This document shows, in pieces, positions 24,301 through 35,152 of a stretch of DNA of 64,000 nucleotides. Under the pieces are notes generated by a model. It ran no database searches, had not been told where the DNA came from, and saw only the letters and a list, made by a program, of their open reading frames with translations. The stretch's first letter is position 1; each line of letters begins with the position of its first letter. The translations under genes and the position numbers were made by a program. This DNA comes from Octopus sinensis. Taxonomy: Eukaryota. The stretch covers positions 66,278,001 to 66,342,000 of the forward strand of contig NC_043000.1 of assembly GCF_006345805.1 (NCBI RefSeq). The letters run 5' to 3'.

Positions 24301-26376
24301 ATAACATTTAACAGTTTGTGGCATAACCCACAGATCTATTTATCCCATACCATCATTTGGGCAACTTGCCAATTTAGGTATTAATAACATAGCAATTGCG
24401 CTTGTATAAAAAATATTTATTTAAAGGTGGTTTTCATCTTTATCATGCTTCAATTTGGCATCATGTAATATTTTATACAAGTGGGGCAGTTCAAAGGAAA
24501 GGAAAGCAAAATGTTACCAGAGTTATTAATTGAACTAGATTTTATCAAGAATTGTTAAATAAGTCTTTTCATATTATGGTGTGATTAACTATTATAGTAA
24601 TATAACTAAATGTAAATGAAGAAAAGAAATTAAAAGGGTTTTTTTTTTTACATGAAGCCAAAGCATATATTTATCTTCATTTAATGCTTACTTACACAGG
24701 GTAGCCTCTTTAGAATGTAATTTCAAAATTGTTTAGTCTTTTAATTTTTGTTCATTGTTTAAACTTAACCTTCTCATGTGAACATTTTGACCTATTTTAA
24801 TTGTAGTTATCTGCATACTGATACCTTGCCCTTCATTCATTTTTCATTGTGCTCTGCTTATTACTTAAATCTTTTTCTTATGAGTGGCACCTTATTACTT
24901 CTGAATCATAATTGCATTATTGCAAGCTGTTTTATATAACATGCATTTGTGAACAATAGCCTTGATGATTAGACATTTAAACCAGATGGGTCTTCAATGA
25001 GGTAATCACAGGTTCATTACACTTCTCTGGTAAAATGAAGATGCTAGATTATAAGAACATGTCTGTTCAATTTGATTGATCAGGTGACCTGCTAGCAAAG
25101 ATGATCAACGTTGTCATTGCAACTCTGTCAGTTGTTTTATCTGGAAAACAATTGACTGAACCCTGTCACTGCAAAATACTTTTTGGCACAAGAATATGCA
25201 ACTTTTTGCAGGCCCACAGTTACTTGATTGACTCTGAGCCTATTAAATCTAACTACATTATGTATCCAGGGAATCTTGTTCCTTGTGTTTGTAGATATCC
25301 CATCTTCATATTTCATATTTCATTGCTACATATTTGAGGCACTTTTGTATCCTGCTTCTCACATATATTTTATGACAAACCTGGTCTTTGGAAATGATTT
25401 CTGTTGAATTTTTCTTTTGCATGAATTTCTTATTCCCCCCACCTTTTTTTCCTTTTCTTGTTCCATTGGTCTGGATTAGATGGATTTTGCTAGCCCCCTA
25501 GTTCAGTCCTCCTCCAATATCAACCCTGGAAGGATGAAAGATAAATTTAACCTTGGCAGATGTGATCTAAGAATACTAAAACCTGAAACAGTTATTGCAA
25601 AACATTATTTGACATTTTACCAATTCTGTCAACTGCCTTTCTCTAATCTCTACTATCTTGTACAAATAGCTATTTACTAGTTTTGATGATGCCAGTATCT
25701 AATTTACTTATTCTAGCCTTACTTGAAACTAACCACTAACTTACTATGTCACTCTGTTGCTGCATATGTTATGATGATTCCTCTAAAGTCTAAATATTAC
25801 ACATCTCAAGAAATCAAATTTGCACAAGCCTATGAAGAAATCTTTACATGCTTATTTGAACTGCTAAAAGTAGCTGCCAAATTTCTCTTGAATCACACCT
25901 GACTATGATCATGGTGGAAGGACATATTGAATATTAAAAAAATAGATTGGTCATTGTTCAGATCCCCTTTAACATAGACCTGCTCAACCAGGGCTGGTTT
26001 GGGGCAGAACAACTACCTCACTTCTCTGTAAATGCAAGGCTTTACTGTAAGTGGTTTTCTTTTACAGTGATGTCATAAAACAGTATCCAAAATTTAGGTC
26101 CTCTTCAGAATATACAAAAAACACTTAAGCTTTGAACAACTTTGGTATTCTATATAAGGTACAATTGTACCCAGTGTCTTAATGTAATAATGCTCGTATA
26201 TCAGATATTCTTCAGACATCATGACTAAACAATCAACTGCATCTAGAAAAAATATCAGTTTACTTTACTTCACTGAGCTATGATCCTTTTTTGTTTCTCT
26301 TACTATTGCTGCAAAAAAAAAACAAAGAAAATCTCTGCTCCTTTGGATTTTTGATTGTACACTTCACAACTTAAAT

Positions 26377-26630
26377 CAATGGTTCTCAACCATTCTTTAT
26401 TTATGGATCCCTTTGATCATTGTTTTATTTTGTGAATCCTCTCAGCCATTCGATGTTTAAAAACTAGTTTTAGTAATACATCTTTCAAAATTCCTATTTT
26501 ATTATTTGCACATTCAATTGCGTAGGTTGAACTATGTATATCTAAAGCAAAACTTTTCCGTTAACCCTTAAAATACTACTGTGCATCCCCAGCTTACTAT
26601 TTGGTTTGTGTGGACTCTCAAAAACCACTG
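26377..26630. mobile_element. hAT-type MITE with 8-bp TSD
   Basis: Termini CAATGGTTCTCAACC and AACCACTG; ACTTAAAT duplicated at 26369-26376 and 26631-26638. Confidence 0.8.
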
Positions 26631-27229
26631 ACTTAAATAAATTCAATATACCTTTCTTTCCATGCACATCCTTCTTCTCTTCATATTACCTCTAGTCAAA
26701 ATCTATATTTTTTTCTCATAGAATTTTATTCTTGGAGATCTTAGCTTGTCCATAGTTTCCCTTCCAATAACTAATCTACTTTTGTTTTTTTTTGTCTGAT
26801 TTTCTGAAATGAGACATTATCATTGACATCATCATCATCATTGGACTTGTGGCTATCTTCATCTTGCTTATTATAGTCACAATGTTTCACCCATTATACC
26901 TTCTTTGGGTACGATAGGTATCTGAAGAAGACCAGAGTGTATTCAGAAACGCTCCTAGAATTTCAAACTGAAACTTTTATTAAATCCATTGTGTAGTCAA
27001 TACAATCATTGATTCACTTCAAGAACCAACCAACCAACCAATGAAGACTCTGGATTAATCAGAACAAGCAAGTGATATCACAAATAGCAGAATATTTCTG
27101 GTTTGGTTAACAGAAGGAGAAGAATTCACCTCCTGAAGAAGGTTAGAGAGTACAAAATGTCATGACTGACTATAACAACCAAGTCTGAATAAGTATATAA
27201 TAATCTATTACAGCCAAAACTAAATGCAT

Positions 27230-27475
27230 AAGCCTTATCTATCTTTTATCTTTTACTTGTTTCAGTCAGTCTCTTTTGCCAAACTGCTACATTACAGGAA
27301 CATAAACACACCCACACCAGAGTTGTCACGCAATGATGGTGAATACACACACACATGATTCATGACGTGCTGCTTTCAGTTTCCATCTACCAAATCCACT
27401 CACAAAGCTTTGGTTGGCCCAAGGCTATAACACTTGCCCAAGGTGCTACACAATGGAACTATGTTGTTGGGAAGC
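27230..27475 (-). mobile_element. tRNA-derived SINE, decayed
   Basis: Similar to 43690-44050 in reverse orientation. Confidence 0.6.
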
Positions 27476-28821
27476 AAGCTTCTTATCACACAGCTATGCC
27501 TGTACCTTATTTGTTTCTAACTTGGGTGCAAGGGCTCAAGTTTGTAGGGAAGAGCTGTCATTGTTAAGTCAACCCCAATCCATTATCAACCTTTATTTAA
27601 TCAACCTTAGAAAGATGAAAGATAAAATCAATATTCATGAAATTTGGACTCAGAATGTAAAGAGACAATTAAAAGCCACAACTCCTTGTATTTACTTTAC
27701 TGTTTATACCATATTTACATTAATCTGTCATCATTATCACTTAATGTAAGGAAGGGTACTGTTATGATAATTTTGCTTTGTTTGCATAATTTTTCATCCA
27801 TGCTAGCTTGGGTCGATAGGATTTTTTGTTGGAAAATGTTTTTACAGTTAGGTGCCCTTATTACAACTAATTGCACAGCTGTGAAGAAGGAATGGAGGTG
27901 AATAAAAAGGAATCCAGGAGATAGTTTTTGTACATAAGCAAATGGCATATTTTATTAGTAAATGAAGTTTTGGATTTTGAGTGTGTGTAAAATCAATTCA
28001 TTAGGTTTAACTATGTAAATGATTAAGAACTGAAGCCCATAGTGTCAGTGAGTCCTCAAAAATGACCTCATTGCCTACCACTTGTCTTAGTGAGTTCTCT
28101 GCTGGTAGAAGGGAATTTAAGATGTTACACTCAGTGACATTAGAAGCAGGAAAAGTGTTATATATGAAAGCTAACCTGCTTTTACCAACCAAGTGTTTAC
28201 GTGTTTTGACTACAATTCAAGCTGCACATCAAGGATTTAGATATAGTCGCTAAAAGACCCATATTGGAAGAAGACCATCATTATTGGCTTTGATGGACAA
28301 TTTTTGAGAAAAGCTTTCAGTCTGATATGAATAATAAATGTAAATGAAATGTGATGATGTAGCATGAATATGAAATAGTTCTGTGTACATGTCTGTTTTG
28401 GCATGGTTTTTATGGGTATCCAGCTGTAAAAACCATGCCAAAACAGACACTGAAGTCTGGTGTAGACTTCTGCCTAGCTGGTTCCTATCAAACTGTCCAA
28501 CCCATGACAGTATGGAAAGTGGACATTAAAAGATGATACACACACACACAGATTAGAAGTGTGTATCAGTGAAGACAGAAAAAATGATGGAAAAGGAGTG
28601 AAATGATTTCTGTATGATCCGTTGGTTGAAATCAAAGAAGATTTGGAATAAGATGGTGTGGATGTCACAAATGAGATGATACTGAATCAAAAGTCATGGA
28701 TGTGTATACATATATCAAATCTATTTGTGTGAACAAAGACCTATGGATGCAATTATTTCTATGCATGACAAATTTTTCAACAAGAACAGACAAAATCCAT
28801 TATATTTGAATATAAAACTTA

Positions 28822-29388
28822 CACTTGCGTCGGAAATTAATTAGCACTTCTCAAATTTCTACATTTTCTTACATTTTCTTAATTTAATTAGCTTATTATC
28901 AGAAATGAACTCGTTTTTAATCAAAAATTTATTAAAACATATCCCAGCACACCACATAATTGTTATTAATCGTGAAATTTAATCAATATCTTGTTGCTCC
29001 TCCTTTGGTAGCAATGACAGCTGCTACGCGGGTCGGCATGCTGTCTATGAGTGCCTGCAGGTACTGTGCAGGGATTGCCCCTCATGCAGCAAGAAGTGCC
29101 CCAAACAGCTCGTGTCGGTTCCTGTATTGCTGCACATTCAAATCCCTACCCAATCGACTCCAGAGGTTCTCAATAGGGTTCAGGTCAGGTGACTGGCCAG
29201 CACGTACTCCTTGCCACCAAAGAGGTATCCCGTACTATCTCAACGTACTTTGCTGCGTTGATGTTGCCTTCGACGGCATAGAGCCGCCCAACACCACTGT
29301 AGCTGAACGCCCCTCACACCATCAGACCACCCCCACCATGCTTCATGGTGAGCAAATCAAGGGTGCTAATTAATTTCTGACGGTAGTG
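28822..29388 (-). mobile_element. Internally deleted Tc1-family transposon
   Basis: TIRs CACTTGCGTCGGAAATTAATTAGCAC and GTGCTAATTAATTTCTGACGGTAGTG with TA on both sides; minus strand encodes SPDLNPIENLW...SMPTRVAAVIATKGGATRY*. Confidence 0.9.
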
Positions 29389-29648
29389 TAAGTAAATGTA
29401 ACATGAAAGAAATCAGTAAAAAAAACAAATTTTACTGTAAAAGACTGAAGTGTGTATTGCTACAAAATCTATTAAAGAAACCTTGTATCTGTAGAACAAG
29501 ATTTAAAAATACAAACCCAAAATTTATTAACAATTTGTTCTTTGAAACAGAATTGTTTCTATGAGATCCTAAGTTAAAGAAACACTTAAGTCATGGTTTT
29601 TCGTGCAGGAAACAGTAAAATTAATAACTGTGAAATTAGATGTGTTAA

Positions 29649-29870
29649 CCCTTTCGTTATTGTATTTATTTTGAGATGCTCTGTGTTTCTTTCAATTAAT
29701 TTTAAATATAACAAAGAATTAAATAAAATAACTTAGTTATCATTCAGCTAGTGTTTGGAACATAAATTGTGACTAAGGTTTGATGGAAGATTTTAATTCA
29801 AAACTTATGAAAACAAGACATTTGTACTACAGAGCCAGAGTCAGTTTCGGCCGGGTTGGTAACAAAAGGG
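29649..29870. mobile_element. piggyBac-type MITE
   Basis: TTAA|CCCTTTCGTTA...TAACAAAAGGG|TTAA. Confidence 0.8.
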
Positions 29871-30209
29871 TTAAAGCATTTTATTGTTGCTAGTATTACT
29901 CATCATATGGGCAGGTAACTTTAGATGTATACTTTTGACCATCATGGGTAATATCAAGAAGTATGGCATTACATAAAATAATTATAGTTTAACTTTCATT
30001 AAATTTCTTAATGCCAACAGAAAAATGATGAAATGAATAATAATTTTCAGAAGAAAAATAATTATTCTAAGAAAAATAAAATTTCTCATTTGCTTGACCC
30101 TTCCCATAACTGTTGTCATTTATTTATTTCTCCTCTTCCTCCTTCTGCTACCAAGCCTAGTGTGCATTTATCCTGCACCTCTGATTTTACTTCTCTCTGT
30201 CTTTTATGC

Positions 30210-30249
<40 letters not shown>

Positions 30250-32096
30250 TCTCTCTCTCTCTCTTCCTCTCTCTATATGATGTAAGGCATTACTAAAAAA
30301 AATTGTCCAACCACACAAGCAACTTTTATATCAGCAATTATACTGAGGTAGTGTTACCTACCTATTATATGATGGGTATACTTTGGCTACCATGGGTAAT
30401 ATCAGGATATATGGCATACATACAATCATTGTAATATAACTTGTTTCTTGGTGTTTACACAAAATGGGCAAATAAATACTGATTTTCAAAAGAAAAAATA
30501 CTTCTTACCTTAAAATAAAAATTAAAACAAATTTCTCATCTGTATAACTCTTCCCCATAGCTACCCTACTGTTTACTGTCTTCCTGCCACTAAGACTAGT
30601 ATGTGCATACATTTTGTACCTCTTAAGTTAACTCTTTGCATCTTTTACTCTCTTTCCCCTTCTCTTTATGATGTAAAATGGTACTGGATAATCAACCAGC
30701 CAACATTTATATTGGCTATTATTATACAGATTTTTTTGTCTATTCTTTAAAAACTGTTTCTCTCCAAAGTATTTTAGTCTAAAAATGCCTGTGCCTAACA
30801 GCTCATATTCTAAAGGCTTTTTGGTATAAAAACATGCCAAACAATTTTTCTGTTGTTAATTCATAAATTACATGATCATATTGATTTTTTTTTAATGGAA
30901 TAAAAGCAATTACAATAGAAGTAAACAGCCGTCATATGTTGTATTTATTTTCATAAATTATGATCAATTTAAAAAAGAAAATAAAATAAAACTGGAAGTA
31001 TTTAAAAATGTGAAGATTATCTTTATATTCCACATATGTAAGTCTTCAGTATCTAACATACAATATTTTAACATGAAGCAAACTGAATTGGATGATAATT
31101 TTTCTTACAACACAGTAAGTTGTATTTTACAAAGTCAATTTTGGCTAGAAGAGCACTTGGTACAGCCAAGATTATCTTGTATATTGATTTTTTTTTTTTT
31201 TGTTTGTTTTTAAGATATTTTATTTCAGGTTGTTTTGCTCTTTACCTTACTGCTATCTCAACTATCTTATAAATGTTAAAGCCATGCTGGCATGGACATA
31301 CTTTTTTTGAGAAATGGGCCACATGGTTTATCATCAGGTGGGCCACATTACTAAAAAAACATTGTCGGGTGTGCCATTTAGAAAGTCCAGCAGGCCACAA
31401 TTTGCCCATGAATAATTTTTCATCTAAACAACAGAATCACCTATATAAATACTCTGTGATGTTTGGTTACATCCCTCTATGTTCATAGTTCATATCTTAC
31501 CCAGTTTATTTTGCTTTTCATCATTCCATGGCTGAAAAACCAGTCTATAAAATAAGTAAGAGGGTCAATATAATCTATACATGTAATCAATGTAAACTAT
31601 AGCTTAGAGGGTACAGCCTTTAGCATGGCTTCAGTCCAATAACTGAAAGTAAAAAAAATAATAAATCTCAAGCTAAAAGTGAAATCAGTTATTTTATATT
31701 TTTGATTTTGGCAGCATGTTTGTAATTCTAAGGAATTAAAATAAGTTGCAATAACTTCTCATAAATAATTGTAATCATCTATGCTGTTTTTGTTTTCTTT
31801 TCTTTTTAAACTTCTTTTATGGGCATAAAAATATGAGTTTTGAAATGGAATTAGTGAGTTGTGAGAAAATAAAATACTAAGGCTTCATGTAAGGACTTCA
31901 TTGAAATTTCTAGACAAATTTTATAATGATGATTTGCCTTTTAGTAGTTGAAATATGTGACAAACATATTTCAACTCATACCTAAACACTGCTTTGCACC
32001 AATGCTTCATTATTTACCTTGATCGAGTGATCTACTAGCACAAATCAGTCAACACGTTGACTTAATTATGTACAAAGCTACACACACACACATACA

Positions 32097-33760
32097 TATA
32101 TCAGTTGAATAAAGTCAAAACATGATCTGGTTTCCACATTTTTTATTATTGTATTTAAAAAAAATTTTTTTACAATGTTGAAGTGTGTTACACATTAAAA
32201 CAATATTTTGTAATATTCATAAAGTTCAGTTATCGCTTTCATATGCTCGTAGTAATTATCAAATTTCAAAATGTATTTAACTGACAGTTCTTGACAACGG
32301 TAGTAAAATGACTGACAACCTTCATACTAGACACAGTCAGCCTAATTCTCGAAAACAATACATTCCTTTTCAATGGAAAAATCTACCTCCAAATTTGAGG
32401 CACAGCTATGGGGACGTGATTTGCTCCAGCTTTCGCCGAACTCAGTATTAGGATGCTTGGAACCCCAAAAAAACTGAAGAGAACTATGGCATGACCTTTA
32501 GAGGACACACAGTGGATACATAGAAAAGATATCTTGATTATCGTTTCCTAATTTGAACCAAATCCCTAGAAAATCTGGAAGAATTCAGCACCTTCCTCAA
32601 CAATCTACACCCTAGTCTCAAATTCACAACAGAAATGAGCAATACACAATTATCATTTCTTGACATAAAGGTAATTAAAAACAACACCACAATCACAACC
32701 GATATTTATTACAAAAGCAGATACACACCAGAACCTAAATTTCAAATCATGCCACCCAACACACACAAAACACAACATCCTGTACTGTCTAGCCAGGAAT
32801 ATTTGTACTGTAGTAGATGATCCAAATATAAGGAACATACGACTTATGGAACTCAGGATTTCTGCTCAAGCAAAAATACCCTCTCCTACTTATAGAAAAT
32901 AGCATACAATGAGCAAAAGAGATATGCATATAACAACTTAGGGCAACATGAGAAAGACGAACCCATTTCGCAAAGCAGAAATTTGATCTACTGCATTAAA
33001 TGCCCTAATTGTGAGGAACTAAATATTGACTAGACAGGGAATGCATTATCAGAACACTCGTGAGTCCTCAGACAACAAATCCAAAACACTAATGTTCGTC
33101 AAGTTCCATTGAGTGAACATATAGAAACATGTGGTCAGAAAATGTTTCTAATTTTTCCCTTCTACAAACTATATGACACAAGTAAGGTTGGAAGGAAGAT
33201 AAAAGAAAAACGTTTTAAACTGTTCAAACCTTGACTGAACTGATATAACAACAATAATATAACAACCAGTTAATGATGTTGATTAAAAAATATCTTTAAC
33301 ATATGAATATAAACAAATTACAGAAGACTCCCACCAATCGAAATATAAATGATTGAAACTAAGTTTGCTCACTCATAAAACCATTACATGTAAACCGCAA
33401 GCTAATTGGTTAAACTAAAGGATCTATTGCCAGTAATATCGGTGCACCCAGCAAACCGTGACGTTTAAGCTGTATGCGGGCTGATCAAAACCGTATTTGT
33501 AAAAATTCAACCTGTTGGAGCCTTCTAAGAGGTATAAAAAGGAAGAAATCAGTCATTTTACTACAGTTGTCATGAACTCAACTGTCAGTTGAATACATTT
33601 TGAAATCTGATGATTATGACGAATATATGAAAGCGCTAATTGAACTTTATGAACATTACGAAATATTTTTTTTGTTTAACATTCTAAAAATTTTTTTTCT
33701 AAATACAATAATAAAAAACGAGAAAACCAGACTATGTTTTAACTTTATTCAACTGATATA
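32097..33760 (+). mobile_element. Penelope-like element, 5'-truncated, RT plus GIY-YIG relic flanked by inverted LTR copies
   Basis: 32340-33243 encodes FLFNGKIYLQ..GTAMG, LHPSLKFTTE, LSFLDIKV and a GIY-YIG-like C-terminus (PLSEHIE...FPFYKL). 32097-32316 is the reverse complement of 33549-33760. Confidence 0.85.
33604..33641 (+). ncRNA. Minimal type-I hammerhead motif in the PLE LTR, sense to RSK intron 2
   Basis: AAT-CTGATGA-T-TATG-ACGAA-TATA-T-GAAA-GCGC-TA-ATT: intact core and 1-bp stem III with palindromic GCGC loop, but weak stems I and II; decayed twin at 32228-32265 (minus). Confidence 0.55.
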
Positions 33761-34390
33761 TTATTCTATACACATTTATACAAGTTTGGAGAATTTTATG
33801 TATATGTATGTATATATATATGTATATATATATATAAATATGGATCAAAACAGTTTGATTCAAATTCATTGGTACTCTGAGTTTCAAGCATGTGTTGAGT
33901 GCCCTTTCATTTGTCTACTGACTCGTGTGTCTTTGTGTATATATATTGCATTTAAATATGAAATTGTCAAATACTTTATAGATTAATGTGGCTGTTGAGC
34001 TTTTATGCTAAAGTGATTTAGAATAAAGTACCGTATCTCTTTATATTAATTTAGAAATTTTCTCACACTACAGTGGCCAATGAGGCTACTAAATGTGGAC
34101 GAGTAGCTTGTGCAAACTCCTTGGGCTATAGATAGGGGCATAGCAAGATTGGTAGTGAATTTGAAGTTACTATCATGATGTGTAATCTGTAATATTTTCC
34201 ATTTTCATTAATTTTAGTACTTCATCATCATCATCATCATTTAACGTCCGCTTTCCATGCTAGCATGGGTTGGACGGTTCAACTGGGGTCTGGGGAGTCC
34301 GAAGGCTGCACCAGGCCAGTCAGATCTGGCAGTGTTTCTACAGCTGGATGCCCTTCCTAATGCCAACCACTCCGAGAGTGTAGTGGGTGA

Positions 34391-34908
34391 TTTTATGTGC
34401 CACCGACACAGGTGCCAGACGAGGCTGGCAAACGGCCACGCTCGGATGGTGTTTTTTTATGTGCCACCGACACAGGTGCCAGACGAGGCTGGCAGACGGC
34501 CACGCTCGGATGGTGTTTTTATGTGCCACCGACACAGGTGCCAGACAAGGCTAGCAGACGACCACGCTCGGTTGGTGTTTTTATGTGCCACCGACACAGG
34601 TGCCAGACGAGGCTGGCGAATGGCCACGCTCGGATGGTGTTTTTATGTGCCACCGACACAGGTGCCAGACAAGGATAGCAGACGACCACGCTCGGATGGT
34701 GTTTTTTTTTTTGTTTTTTTTTTTTATGTGCCACCGACACAGGTGCCAGACGAGGCTGGCGAACGGCCACGCTCGGATGGTGTTTTTATGTGCCACCGAC
34801 ACAGGTGCCAGACAAGGCTAGCAGACGACCACGCTCGGATGGTGTTTTTTTTATGTGCCACCGACACAAGAGCCAGATTAGGCTGGCGATCGGCCACGAT
34901 TGGATGGT
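34391..34908 (-). repeat. About 62-bp tandem array (8 units) in the LINE 3' UTR
   Basis: ATGTGCCACCGACAC recurs at 34395, 34459, 34521, 34583, 34645, 34726, 34788 and 34853. Confidence 0.95.
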
Positions 34909-35152
34909 GATTGTTACGTGCCCACAGCATGGAGGCCAGTCGATGCGGTACTGGCTACGGCCACGTTCGGATGGTTTTCTTGTGTGCCACCGGCACTGGT
35001 ACCACAAAGATACAAATTCCATTGATGTTCATCTATTTTGATTTTGTTTGATTTTCACTTGCCTCAACAGGTCTTCACAAGTATCACAAGAAGGAAGGTA
35101 TGCACAGGTGGACTGACTATGTCCCAGGTAGGGGCCACGGGTTATGGCCTGA

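Noticed and set aside
28960-29373. 137-aa plus-strand ORF
   Set aside because: Antisense shadow of the Tc1 transposase C-terminus.
29890-30580. Old, roughly 450-bp-period duplication (CATGGGTAATATCA... blocks)
   Set aside because: Highly diverged and AT-rich, with no coding or structural signal; nothing further can be supported.
34400-34450. Resemblance of GCCAGCCUCGUCUGGC to the HDV ribozyme P3/L3 region
   Set aside because: No P1, P1.1, P2 or J4/2 elements could be paired around it.
34391-34908. CRISPR-like appearance of the 62-bp array
   Set aside because: Units are near-identical end to end with no unique spacers, there are no cas genes, and the array lies in a eukaryotic LINE 3' UTR.
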